The notes under the pieces are model-generated. The model did not search any database. It was not told the origin of the DNA and was given only the letters and a program-made list of their open reading frames with translations. Position numbers and translations under genes: made by a program. From Verrucomicrobiota bacterium (lineage in GTDB: Bacteria; Verrucomicrobiota; Verrucomicrobiia; Limisphaerales; SXQI01), in contig JANRLX010000102.1 of assembly GCA_033762115.1 (NCBI GenBank), positions 1 through 32,810 of the forward strand: DNA of 32,810 nucleotides, read 5' to 3'. Positions 1 to 8,646 of this stretch are shown here, in pieces. Positions within the stretch are counted from its first letter, which is position 1. Each line of letters opens with the position of its first letter.

Positions 1-425
1 ATTGTCACTGAACGCGCTTCCTGTTCTTGTTTCTCCTTCTTCAGTTCCCCTTTTAATTCCTTGATGGTCGTTTGGATGCGTTCAAATGCACCACCTTTGC
101 CCGCTGTCTGTAAGTCATTGATTTTTTCCCGTATATTGTCCTTGTACTTGGGCAGTTCAAGGGCCAGCCCTGTAATCTGCCTCCCTAATGCCCAGGTAAT
201 GACACCGACAAGGGTGAATACCACGAAAACCACGGTCAGGACGGAAGAAATGCGCCCCACTTTGTGCCGTTCCAGCCAGGAAACGATGGGGTTCAAAAGA
301 AAGGTAAACAGGAGCGCCAAGGCCATGGGCATGAGCACCGGTTTCCCATATTTCAGCGCTATGACCCCCAGAATAACCGTTGCAAGGACGATTAATGGCG
401 TGAGCCTGCGCAGCAGCTTGTTCAT
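1..425 (-). CDS. AI-2E family (PerM-like) transporter, 5' part; runs off the window edge
   Basis: Not in the ORF track. My translation from ATG at 425: MNKLLRRLTPLIVLATVILGVIALKYGKPVLMPMALALLFTFLLNPIVSWLERHKVGRISSVLTVVFVVFTLVGVITWALGRQITGLALELPKYKDNIREKI... The P.ALA.L..FLL.P.V..LER and LP.Y patterns are typical of AI-2E. The start overlaps the upstream stop (ATGA). Confidence 0.85.
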   Translation of the reverse strand, partial: MNKLLRRLTPLIVLATVILGVIALKYGKPVLMPMALALLFTFLLNPIVSWLERHKVGRISSVLTVVFVVFTLVGVITWALGRQITGLALELPKYKDNIREKINDLQTAGKGGAFERIQTTIKELKGELKKEKQEQEARSVT

Positions 426-820
426 ACGTGAACTTCCGCAGGTTTGCCGTATCGCACCGACATGGCAGAAGCATCCTGACGACGGGATTCAGCCGGTTTC
501 TTCTTGTTCTTCCGCATGAGGACCAGATTTCGACCGTAAATAAACGGCAGGAAAAGGGTGCCCAGGATCAACGGCATGCTGTCCAGGTGAATGACATAAA
601 GCAGGTTTAGAACACTGCCCCAGAAACTGAGGTGCCAGAAATAGGGAGGCACCACGATCTGATGCTTTTTTTCAGAGGCAAGCCATTGAAAAACAAAACG
701 AGAACCAAATAGTAGATTGGCTGCAAATCCCACAGCACTCCACCAATAGGTGCTTGCGTAAAGCCATGGCAATGCCGGATGCAGGACTTGTTGTAACAGA
801 CTTGCTTCAGGTGCATTCAT
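422..820 (-). CDS. Lipid A biosynthesis N-terminal (LAB_N) domain membrane protein
   Basis: Family motif GFAANLLFGSRFVFQWLASEKKHQIVVPPYFWHLSFWGS...IYGRNL. Confidence 0.85.
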   Translation of the reverse strand: MNAPEASLLQQVLHPALPWLYASTYWWSAVGFAANLLFGSRFVFQWLASEKKHQIVVPPYFWHLSFWGSVLNLLYVIHLDSMPLILGTLFLPFIYGRNLVLMRKNKKKPAESRRQDASAMSVRYGKPAEVHV

Positions 821-931
821 CTTCCCTAAGATTCATTGGCAGCAATCAATCCTCAATAAGGCTGGCGACAATTCATGAGGACTATGGAACTCCTATAGTC
901 TTCCTGAAGGTTTACCTGATGTGGTTCCTAC

Positions 932-960
932 AAAGAAAAAGACCGGGGATTACCCCGGTC
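932..960 (-). terminator. Rho-independent terminator of the DUF892 gene
   Basis: Perfect 8-bp stem GACCGGGG/CCCCGGTC (941-948/953-960), 4-nt loop, and an A-rich tract at 932-940 that is the U-tail on the minus strand. It lies 25 nt past the stop. Confidence 0.85.
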
Positions 961-985
961 CTGCAAGCTTGGAAAAAATCCCTGG

Positions 986-1558
986 TCAGACTTTGCTGCC
1001 CTGTCCTTTTACCCGGTTTTTGGGTTTCTCCTCATCAGATTCTTCGCTTTCCTCATCCATTTCACCACCCTCTTCCGCTTCGAGGTTGATGCAGGTTTCA
1101 GCGAGGTCAGTCAGGTTGTCGTCCGCTTCTTTTTCCTCATCCAGAGTTTCCTGGAGCAGTTCCGCCTGTTCATCCAGTCCCATCAATTCGGCATAGGTGC
1201 GGAGGCAGCCGTAAGCAGCGATTTCATAATGTTCCACCTTTTGGGCAGCGGCGATCAAACCAGCGTCCAAAACGTTTGGATCGGCATCCTCCTCCATCAA
1301 TTCCTTGGCTTCTTCGAGCAGGCCTTTCATGGCCATGCACTTTTTGCCCTTGGATTTTTCACCAAGCATTTCAAAGATCTGGTCCAGGCGTTGAATCTGT
1401 CCGTTGGTCACTTCGAGATGCTCCTCGAAAGCTGCACGCAATTCCTCATTTTCACAGGCTTTTGCCATTTTCGGCAATGACTTGGTCAATTGCTGTTCTG
1501 CGTCGTAAGTGTCCTTGAGCATGTCCAGGTACAGCTCCTGCAAAGTCTCCATTTTCAT
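986..1558 (-). CDS. Ferritin-like DUF892 (YciE/YciF family) stress protein
   Basis: LKDTYDAEQQL...HLEVT...C.AMKGLLEE...DAGLIAAAQKVEHYEIAAYG; AAGGAG Shine-Dalgarno upstream; acidic tail. Confidence 0.92.
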   Translation of the reverse strand: MKMETLQELYLDMLKDTYDAEQQLTKSLPKMAKACENEELRAAFEEHLEVTNGQIQRLDQIFEMLGEKSKGKKCMAMKGLLEEAKELMEEDADPNVLDAGLIAAAQKVEHYEIAAYGCLRTYAELMGLDEQAELLQETLDEEKEADDNLTDLAETCINLEAEEGGEMDEESEESDEEKPKNRVKGQGSKV

Positions 1559-1598
1559 GATGCTAACTCCTTGTTTGAATGTTTTTATCGTCCGCTGA

Positions 1599-1618
1599 CG
1601 TGCAAAGGTTCTTGCACG
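1599..1618. promoter_or_regulatory. 7-6-7 palindrome upstream of the DUF892 gene, candidate transcription-factor site
   Basis: CGTGCAA-aggttc-TTGCACG, 40 nt upstream of the start codon. Confidence 0.35.
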
Positions 1619-1685
1619 AACAACGCATTTTCAATCAGGAGGAAACCCGCTTTGCCTATCAGCAAATCCCTGAGTGGCGCAGTTC

Positions 1686-2258
1686 TTAATGGAGGATGGG
1701 AAAACGATGCGGAATCCGCATCAATTCAGCATCCAAATCAAGGTAATAATCCAGCCGCCGGGCTGTTTCCCGTTCATCAACTTCACGAGCCATCAAAAGA
1801 TAAGTCGCGTAATGGTTCCCCTCGGATTCGACCAGGCTCCCGTAAAAGGAACCCAGTTCCGCATCCACCTCTTTCAATGCTGCGGCCAGAATCTGGAATT
1901 TTTCGCAACTTCTTCCCTCGATCAAGGCGCAGCAGATCAAATGATCGATGACCTGCTCACGCTTTCCTTTTCTGACGCTGCGCATCAAGCCGGTGATCCA
2001 GGGGCTTGGATGCGGCTGCCCGAACGGAATGCCGCGCCGTTTCAATAACGCGAGCACCAGCTGGAAATGTTGCAGTTCCTCAATCGCAATTGCATTCAGG
2101 TCATCCACCCGATGGAACAGGTCATGGTACTTTTCGAGATTGATTGAAGTGGTGGCCGCTTTTCGTTCCAGATGCGCATGATCCACCAGCACAGCGGGAA
2201 TGTTCGCCATCACCATTCCCAGCCAGGTGGAGGGAATTTTTTCTCGGAAGAGCAGCAT
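1686..2258 (-). CDS. miaE: tRNA-(ms2io6A37) hydroxylase MiaE-like diiron protein
   Basis: DHAHLERKAA, EELQHF, ALIEGRSCEKF and ESEGNHY diiron motifs. Confidence 0.88.
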   Translation of the reverse strand: MLLFREKIPSTWLGMVMANIPAVLVDHAHLERKAATTSINLEKYHDLFHRVDDLNAIAIEELQHFQLVLALLKRRGIPFGQPHPSPWITGLMRSVRKGKREQVIDHLICCALIEGRSCEKFQILAAALKEVDAELGSFYGSLVESEGNHYATYLLMAREVDERETARRLDYYLDLDAELMRIPHRFPILH

Positions 2259-2264
2259 CGACCG

Positions 2265-2292
2265 ATTTTGGATCGCCGGGTTGCAAAGTCAA
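2265..2292 (-). promoter_or_regulatory. Putative sigma70 promoter of miaE (leaderless geometry)
   Basis: Minus strand TTGACT-N16-CAAAAT-6 nt-ATG; no Shine-Dalgarno. Confidence 0.4.
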
Positions 2293-2311
2293 TTCAGCCC
2301 TGCACTCCTGC

Positions 2312-2340
2312 TCGACAGTGACATGATTCAATCCTATAAC
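2312..2340 (+). promoter_or_regulatory. Putative sigma70 promoter of the Lrp gene
   Basis: TCGACA-N17-TATAAC, 20 nt upstream of the ATG at 2361. Confidence 0.4.
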
Positions 2341-2360
2341 CCTGCTAAACAGAGACGTTC

Positions 2361-2840
2361 ATGGATCAATTACTTAAATTGCTGCGGGAAAATGCCTCGC
2401 TGAAAACTGCGGAACTCGCCTCGATGCTGAACCTTTCCGAATCGGACGTGATCCAGAAAATCAAAGCTTACGAGGAGAGCAGGGTCATTCTCGGCTACCG
2501 CACTGTGATCAACGAGGAAAAACTCGGCCGTGACATGGTCCGCGCTGTGATTGAGGTCAAGATCACTCCCGAGCGGGAGGGCGGCTTCAATCGCCTGGCA
2601 GAGCGAATTGCGAAATATTCCGAAGTTCGCGCCTGTTATCTGATGTCGGGCGGTTACGACCTTTTGGTGGAAGTCGAAGGTTCAAATCTTCGTGAGGTGG
2701 CAACCTTCGTTTCAGAAAAACTCGCCACGATTCACGGAGTAATCTCCACAGCCACTCATTTCGTCCTCAAACCGTACAAGGAACAAGGTGTGCTGATGAC
2801 CCAGGAACGTCATGAATCGCGCCTGGCGGTAGCGCCATGA
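2361..2840 (+). CDS. Lrp/AsnC family transcriptional regulator
   Basis: N-terminal HTH and a RAM domain (CYLMSGGYDLLVEVEG...TATHFVLKPYK). Confidence 0.92.
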   Translation: MDQLLKLLRENASLKTAELASMLNLSESDVIQKIKAYEESRVILGYRTVINEEKLGRDMVRAVIEVKITPEREGGFNRLAERIAKYSEVRACYLMSGGYDLLVEVEGSNLREVATFVSEKLATIHGVISTATHFVLKPYKEQGVLMTQERHESRLAVAP

Positions 2841-2856
2841 TTCACGCGAGTTCCTG

Positions 2857-3516
2857 CTACTCTCCACTCCATGAATAATTGTATCCGACCGGTGGCTCGT
2901 AATTGCGCGGTTCTGAGGCAGGAACACCGTTCCAGTAAATTGCCGTCAAGCTCACATGCCCATCCACGAAACCGAGCAAATTCTTTGCATCCCGATGGCG
3001 GTCCGGTTTGAACGGGTGCCATGAACCGCCAAAAAATGCAGTGCGTTCGCCGACCACAACCGCCAGCGCCGGCTTGCGAATCGCGCTCACTTTTTTCCCG
3101 GTGATTCTCGGGAGAGAATAGGCATCCACTTCATACCCGTTGAAGGTATAACTTGTGAATGCGTGGCCTGCCTCGGCCCGAAAGCTCTTGTCCATCGGGC
3201 AAATGAACGCTTTCTCCTCTGGCGAGACAGGCCCCGAATATCCCAGGTAGCCCTTCACCAGTTCCTTGTAATAAGCGCCCACACCATTCGGGAAAGGGTT
3301 GGGATCAGGAAGCACAGGCCAGGCCTCCTCATAATCTTCCGCATACAGGCGAATCGCGAGATTCACCTGCCGCAGGTTTTGCATACAGACAGTTTGCCGA
3401 CTTTTGGCTTTGGCCTGGCCCAGCGCCGGCAGGATCAGCGAGATTAAAATCGCGATGATTGCAATCACCACCAGGAGCTCAACCAAAGTAAATCCGCTGG
3501 CGCGTTTTGGAATCAT
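2857..3516 (-). CDS. Prepilin-type N-terminal cleavage/methylation protein with C-terminal H-X-DG motif (DUF1559-like)
   Basis: GFTLVELLVVIAIIAILISLILPAL...C.QNLRQ...FICP.D...H.....N...FVDGHV. Confidence 0.9.
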   Translation of the reverse strand: MIPKRASGFTLVELLVVIAIIAILISLILPALGQAKAKSRQTVCMQNLRQVNLAIRLYAEDYEEAWPVLPDPNPFPNGVGAYYKELVKGYLGYSGPVSPEEKAFICPMDKSFRAEAGHAFTSYTFNGYEVDAYSLPRITGKKVSAIRKPALAVVVGERTAFFGGSWHPFKPDRHRDAKNLLGFVDGHVSLTAIYWNGVPASEPRNYEPPVGYNYSWSGE

Positions 3517-3568
3517 ATCTGCAAGCTTTTGTTCTCAACCAGTTTTGCGGAAGGGGTGTTAATATCAT

Positions 3569-4729
3569 TTAACGACGGTCACCATCATATTTCCATAGGC
3601 CATCTACTTTCATCATGACCAGCGTCAACACACCGCTTCTCCCCCTCATGCCATCAGCCGTGGCAGGCAACTGCATTTTAAGATGTACCTCTGTTTCCGA
3701 AACCTTTTCCTGGGAAAGAATTTTGGCCTGGGAGAACGCCTGGGCCTGCCGTGCGGCTTCCACTTTAAGCTCCTCCTCTGATTTCCCCATGTTTCTGTTC
3801 CTGAATTCTTCGGCTTTCTTTGGTGTGCAGCCTTCAGCAAACTTCTCGATGTCTGCTGCTTTCAGTGCCGCAACCAGTGTTTGCAAGGTCGCTTCCGGGG
3901 TTGTGTATGCCATGGAACTGTTTTGTTTCGCTGCAGGAGCTGCGACCGATCGGTCCAGCACCATGGTTGAAATGCCCACTGTAAGAAGACCGACAACGCC
4001 AAGCGCTGCCGCCGTTTTGATTTTTGCCATAGCCATAAGTTTTAATGTTTTTTTAGTTAGGATCAGGAGTGATGAGGTTAAATTGGTTCCATTGAGAGCC
4101 GCCAATGTGGAAGCCCCTGCCAGTCCGGCTGGAGCAGCTTGCAATGAATGGGTGGAGATTGCAGAAGCGATGCTTAAAGAGGAGAGGATCACGCCGCGTT
4201 TGACGAACAACCCGCGCAATTTTTCCAGCGCGCGGCTTACCCGCATCTTCGCGCCCGCTTCGCTGATGCCGAGCGCCACGCTGACTTCCTTGAAGCTCTG
4301 CCCCTGGAGAAAGCGCATTACCAGCGCATCCTGGTCCTTTTCGCCCAGCTCGCTCATGGCGCTTTCGAGGTGATTTTCAATCTGGGCCCATGCCTCGTGC
4401 GATTCACCGGCATGGATCGAGCTTTCCAGATAAGCCTCATGCTCGCGGTTCAATCGTCGTTGGCGCATCGTTAATGCCTTTGAAGAAGCGAAACATGTGG
4501 TCCGGCACAACCACCCGCTTAAGATTGTTTTGGAACCCAGGGAATTGGCTTTGCGCGCGAGAATGACAAAAACAGATTGAGTCACCTCCTGGGCAAGGTC
4601 CGTATCCTGCACATGCCGCAGTGCCACTGAATAAACCAGATGAACATGTCTTGAGACCAGGGTTGCAAACGCATCCTCAGATTGAGTTTGTGCATACTGC
4701 CGCACCAAATCCATGTCATCACCAGTCAT
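3569..4729 (-). CDS. ECF-type sigma-70 factor with a C-terminal TM helix and extracytoplasmic domain
   Basis: Region 2 (AFATLVSRH..LVYSVALR...LSGWL), region 4 (ALVMRFLQGQSFKEVSVALGISEAGAKMRVSRALEKLR), Ala-rich linker, TM AAALGVVGLLTVGISTMVL, then an NTF2-like tail (TPEATL...MMKVDGLWK). Confidence 0.9.
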   Translation of the reverse strand: MTGDDMDLVRQYAQTQSEDAFATLVSRHVHLVYSVALRHVQDTDLAQEVTQSVFVILARKANSLGSKTILSGWLCRTTCFASSKALTMRQRRLNREHEAYLESSIHAGESHEAWAQIENHLESAMSELGEKDQDALVMRFLQGQSFKEVSVALGISEAGAKMRVSRALEKLRGLFVKRGVILSSLSIASAISTHSLQAAPAGLAGASTLAALNGTNLTSSLLILTKKTLKLMAMAKIKTAAALGVVGLLTVGISTMVLDRSVAAPAAKQNSSMAYTTPEATLQTLVAALKAADIEKFAEGCTPKKAEEFRNRNMGKSEEELKVEAARQAQAFSQAKILSQEKVSETEVHLKMQLPATADGMRGRSGVLTLVMMKVDGLWKYDGDRR

Positions 4730-4871
4730 TCACCTATTAAATCCCCGCCGATTGCCAAAAGTAACAACCTATTTTACCGCTCTGGATTCACTGCCTTCCA
4801 ATGGTTAAAAGAGGGACTGGAAATATGAAGGCTCAGTTTGAGATGCAGGAAACGGCGATGTCTGCCCGTTC

Positions 4872-5705
4872 CTAAAGATGATAAAAACGTGCCGCGTTCC
4901 CGCCCAGGACTTTGTCGCGGGTATTCTGGCTGAATTGTGAGAGGTAATCCGAAATAATCGAGAAAACCTGCTCATAAGAAGCGGAAGCCAGGCAGACCGG
5001 CCAGTCCGATCCGAACATCAGGCGGTCTTCTCCAAACGTTTCCCAGGCCAGGTCCAGGTAACGAGTGAACTCCTCAGCCCGCCACCCATGCCAGTGAGCT
5101 TCCGTCACCATCCCGGATAATTTGCATTGAACGTGCGGTTCACGACCGAGTTCCCGAAATAACGCTGCCCACGGTTCCCACATTTTTTCCGCAATGTTCG
5201 GCTTTGCGATATGATCCAGCACAAACGGCTGCCCAGGAAATTTTCGCGCGAGGGCAATTGCGGCGGGAAGTTGCTTCGGATAGATCAGGATATCGTAAGC
5301 GAGCTTGAACCGGGACAAAACCGCGATCCCCGCGGTAAAAGAATCACGGATCAGGAACTGGTCATCCGGTTCATCCTGTGCGACGTGCCGGACACCGACC
5401 AATTTTTTCCTGCTGGAAAATCGCTCCAGGTCAGTCACCAGGTTGGGAGAGCGGAGGTCCACCCAGCCGACAACTCCGGCCACTGATGGATTCGCTTCCG
5501 CAAGGGCGAGAAGCCATTCCGTTTCCTGGAGTGTTTGCCGTGCCTGGACAGCAACAGAAACTTCCATTCCGCTGCTTTTGGCCGAGCTGACCCAATGTTG
5601 CGGCAGGAAATCCCTTCGCAATCCGCGCATCCGCTCTGAAATCCAGGGGTACTCCTCCGGGCTGTATTCCCAGAAATGCTGGTGCGCATCAATTTTCATG
5701 CGCAT
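4872..5705 (-). CDS. Amidohydrolase-family sugar lactonase (L-fucono-/L-galactono-1,5-lactonase-like)
   Basis: IDAHQHFW, VLDHIAKP, CKLSG, FGEDRLMFGSDWPV; TGATG coupling to the upstream gene. Confidence 0.88.
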   Translation of the reverse strand: MRMKIDAHQHFWEYSPEEYPWISERMRGLRRDFLPQHWVSSAKSSGMEVSVAVQARQTLQETEWLLALAEANPSVAGVVGWVDLRSPNLVTDLERFSSRKKLVGVRHVAQDEPDDQFLIRDSFTAGIAVLSRFKLAYDILIYPKQLPAAIALARKFPGQPFVLDHIAKPNIAEKMWEPWAALFRELGREPHVQCKLSGMVTEAHWHGWRAEEFTRYLDLAWETFGEDRLMFGSDWPVCLASASYEQVFSIISDYLSQFSQNTRDKVLGGNAARFYHL

Positions 5706-6727
5706 CAGGCCATTTCGATCATCGCCTTGATCACGCCGGTTTCCGGTTTGATGTAAGCTGGGAAATCCTCGATCAGCCTGTCAAAACTGCTGCGGTGAGT
5801 GATCCAGGGGCGTGTATCGATCCGCCCATCCTCAATCAATTGAATGATGCGGGTGAAATCAGAGGGAAGGGCATTGCGACTCGCCAGGACGGACATCTCC
5901 CGGCGATGCATTAACGGATGCCCGAAGGTCAGTTCCCCCGTGGTGATCCCCACATAAACCAGCCGCCCGGAAAACCCGACATAGTTGACGGCGTTCGACA
6001 TCGATCTGTTGCTGCCAGTGGCATCAATCACCACCGAAGGCAACATTCCCCCCGTCAATGTTTTGAGATTTTCCAGCTCATTGCCAGTCCCCGCCTGAAG
6101 GATCTCATCCACTTGCATGACCTGCTTGCAAAAATCGAGGCGTTGAACGTTAAGGTCCAGAACAATGCTTTTGGCACCACTCAGGCGAACAAATTCCAGT
6201 GTGGAAAGGCCAATCGGCCCCGCCCCAATGACAAGAACATGATCTCCCGGTCCCGGGTTGCCGCGGTTGACGGCATGACAACCAATCGCCAGCGTCTCGA
6301 CGAGCGCAAGCTGGTCCATGGAAAGCTTTGCCGATGGATGCAGCTTGCGCGCGGGAACGATAAATTCCGGACGCATTCCCCCATCCGTATGCACTCCCAG
6401 CACCTGCAGGTTTTCGCAGCAATTGCTTGCGCCTCGGGCACAGGCCGAACAATTTTGGCAATTGATATAAGGCTCAATTGAGCATCGATCCCCCACCCGT
6501 ACGTTGTTCACTCCCGGACCCGTCGCTATCACCTCCACGCCGAGCTCATGGCCAGGGATTCGGGGATAACTGTAAAACGGCATTTTTCCCAGGAAACCGC
6601 TGATATCCGAGCCGCAGATTCCCACACGCTTCACCGAAACAAGAGCTTCACCCGGACCAGGGCGGGAAGGGGCCGGGATATCGACTTGGCGAAACTGTTC
6701 GGGACGCTCGAGCTGAATGGCTTTCAT
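5705..6727 (-). CDS. Zn-dependent dehydrogenase, L-galactonate 5-dehydrogenase (LgoD/YjjN)-like
   Basis: GICGSD...PFYSYPRIPGHE, structural Zn motif C..C..C......NCC, VLGVHTDGG, GAGPIG, SRNA. Confidence 0.82.
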   Translation of the reverse strand: MKAIQLERPEQFRQVDIPAPSRPGPGEALVSVKRVGICGSDISGFLGKMPFYSYPRIPGHELGVEVIATGPGVNNVRVGDRCSIEPYINCQNCSACARGASNCCENLQVLGVHTDGGMRPEFIVPARKLHPSAKLSMDQLALVETLAIGCHAVNRGNPGPGDHVLVIGAGPIGLSTLEFVRLSGAKSIVLDLNVQRLDFCKQVMQVDEILQAGTGNELENLKTLTGGMLPSVVIDATGSNRSMSNAVNYVGFSGRLVYVGITTGELTFGHPLMHRREMSVLASRNALPSDFTRIIQLIEDGRIDTRPWITHRSSFDRLIEDFPAYIKPETGVIKAMIEMA

Positions 6728-7657
6728 TTAATTGTTCTCTGGCAGGCCGGCGATCCAGGTTTTATTTTTAACAGGGGCAAGAATCGCCTGAACTTCCTTC
6801 AAAAGTGTTTCGTCCAACGGGCCGTTGGCCCAGTCAAGGCATTTTTGCATGTTTACAGGATCAGCCGTTCCCACGACGCAGGTGGTGATATCAGGATTTT
6901 CCACACAAAAACGCACTGCCAGCTGGGCAATGTCCACTCCCCGGCGGCTGCAATGCTCGGCAGCGCGGCGACAGGCATCCTTCAATTCGGGGGATGCGAG
7001 ATGCCATTTTGGCAGCGGCGCATTGGTGAGCAACCGGGCTGAAAAAGGGGAGGCATTGATAATGCCGACACCCTTTTCCTTTAGAAAAGGAATCAGTTCC
7101 AGGAGCGAATCATCGTTTAACGCGTAATGACAATACGAGAGGATGCAATCCAGATTGGTGCGCTCCAGCACATATTTGAAAATCTTTAATGGAAAACCGG
7201 TAATCCCCACGAATCGGATTTTTCCCTGCTGCTGCAATTTGCGCAAGGCCGGCAAAGTTTCCTCAACAATCTGCGCCATCGGAACAAATTCGATGTCGTG
7301 GCATTGCATGATGTCGATATATTCCAAACCCATCCGCTGCAAACTTTCATCGACACTTCGCGTCACTCTGTCAGCCGAAAAATCAAACTTCTCCACGTCA
7401 TATCGTCCGCACTTGGTCCCAATGATAAAACGGTCCCGAGGAATTTCCTTGAATGCCTTGCCCAGGACTTTTTCCGAAAGCGTTCGCCCATAATAGGGGG
7501 AGGTATCGATGAAATTGATGCCGCCGTCCAATGCGACATGGAGCGAGCGGATTCCTTCGGCTTCATCGGTTTGCCGGAATTCATTTCCGAGCGAGGAAGC
7601 GCCGTAAGCCAGGATGGACAGCTTCAACCCCGTCCTGCCAAGTTCTCTATAATTCAT
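6728..7657 (-). CDS. Aldo/keto reductase, L-galactose 1-dehydrogenase-like
   Basis: GINFIDTSPYYG.TLSEK.LGK, TKCGRY...FDFSA.RV..S.DESL, CHDIEF, ILSYCHY..ND..L: signatures of plant and Bacteroides L-galactose dehydrogenases as I recall them. Confidence 0.85.
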   Translation of the reverse strand: MNYRELGRTGLKLSILAYGASSLGNEFRQTDEAEGIRSLHVALDGGINFIDTSPYYGRTLSEKVLGKAFKEIPRDRFIIGTKCGRYDVEKFDFSADRVTRSVDESLQRMGLEYIDIMQCHDIEFVPMAQIVEETLPALRKLQQQGKIRFVGITGFPLKIFKYVLERTNLDCILSYCHYALNDDSLLELIPFLKEKGVGIINASPFSARLLTNAPLPKWHLASPELKDACRRAAEHCSRRGVDIAQLAVRFCVENPDITTCVVGTADPVNMQKCLDWANGPLDETLLKEVQAILAPVKNKTWIAGLPENN

Positions 7658-8475
7658 ACGTGGTGGAAAAATTCACGAAACATCTGGATGGTTTGAGCAG
7701 CCGCCGAATCAGAGTCTGGGAAAGGGAGCGCTTCAGCGGACAAAAATCCTTCATAATTCAACTCTGTGAGGGCAGCAATGATCGACGCATAATCCAGGTG
7801 CCCATTGCCAGCAGGACGGCGATTGCTATCCACAAAATGAACATGGCCAAGCAAAGGGCCCGCTTCCTTCAAGGCCTCTGGAATGGAGCGTTCCTCAATG
7901 TTCATGTGGAATAAATCCATCAAAAGCGTGACGCCGGTGATTGCATTGCCCCGAATCAACTGGATGCCATCGACCGCCCGGTTAAGCAGATTGGTTTCAT
8001 AACGGTTAAGCGGCTCAACCAATAACCGGCTTCCTGCGGATGTTGCATGGTTTCCCAAAACGGCAAGTGCCTCAGCCAGGTATTTTAACGCTTCATCCCT
8101 TGACTGACCCGGATCCACACGCCCCTGCATCGAACCAATAATCGTGGCGGCACCGAATTCTCCAGCCACGTTGCTGACTTCCTGAATAAATTCCGCTGCC
8201 TGCCGCCGGATTGCCGGATCAGCGTGGGTCAGGTGTAATTTCTTTTTCACCCAGCCAGCCCCCGTTCCCAGCGCGGCAAGTTGCAGCCCGTTTTGCTTTA
8301 AGGCAGCCTCAATGGCACGCCGATCCAGTTCAGGACCTGAAGGGGGAAATATTTCCACGGCATCAAAGCCAAGCCGGGCTGCTTTGGCGCAGTTTTCCGG
8401 AAGGTTATCCCAGTAAACAAATGGTCCCCCCTTTGCTTCCGGTACCAACGAAATTGTGACGGCGCTTTTAATCAC
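7654..8475 (-). CDS. Xylose-isomerase-like TIM-barrel ketose epimerase, IolO (5-keto-L-gluconate epimerase)-like
   Basis: A.GTG....., LTH....IR, IIG...GR, EPLNRYET, DLFHMNIEE, HVHFVDSNR..AG.GH.D, SAEALP; GTG start; ATGA overlap with the downstream gene. Confidence 0.8.
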   Translation of the reverse strand: MIKSAVTISLVPEAKGGPFVYWDNLPENCAKAARLGFDAVEIFPPSGPELDRRAIEAALKQNGLQLAALGTGAGWVKKKLHLTHADPAIRRQAAEFIQEVSNVAGEFGAATIIGSMQGRVDPGQSRDEALKYLAEALAVLGNHATSAGSRLLVEPLNRYETNLLNRAVDGIQLIRGNAITGVTLLMDLFHMNIEERSIPEALKEAGPLLGHVHFVDSNRRPAGNGHLDYASIIAALTELNYEGFLSAEALPFPDSDSAAAQTIQMFREFFHHV

Positions 8476-8600
8476 GTATGGAGCTGGAGGTTAATACTTT
8501 TCGACAACAAGGGATAGTCCAAACGCGCAGTTCTGCCCGGGAAAAAGCGGCTGACCCTTAAGAGAGGCAGCGGGAACAAGTGGGAAATAGTGAAACGTAA

Positions 8601-8616
8601 TTAAGCAAATGCTTAA
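8601..8616. promoter_or_regulatory. Candidate operator upstream of the L-sugar operon
   Basis: Perfect 7-2-7 palindrome TTAAGCA-aa-TGCTTAA within a very AT-rich patch (about 8595-8650). Confidence 0.45.
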
Positions 8617-8646
8617 ATAAGAAAATTTTATTTATTTGATTAAAAA

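Noticed and set aside
421..430. Identical TTCATACGTG at two gene junctions (421 and 7653)
   Set aside because: A 10-nt match largely explained by the shared ATGA overlap; the flanks are unrelated.
61..519. 152-aa + strand ORF and the many similar ORFs in the track (e.g. 3615-4373, 14240-14863, 21119-21631, 32302-32700)
   Set aside because: They are antisense or alternate-frame shadows of well-supported genes and show no family motifs.
8535..8580. Possible terminator after the ROK gene
   Set aside because: The stem is imperfect and not directly adjacent to the A-tract; not supportable.
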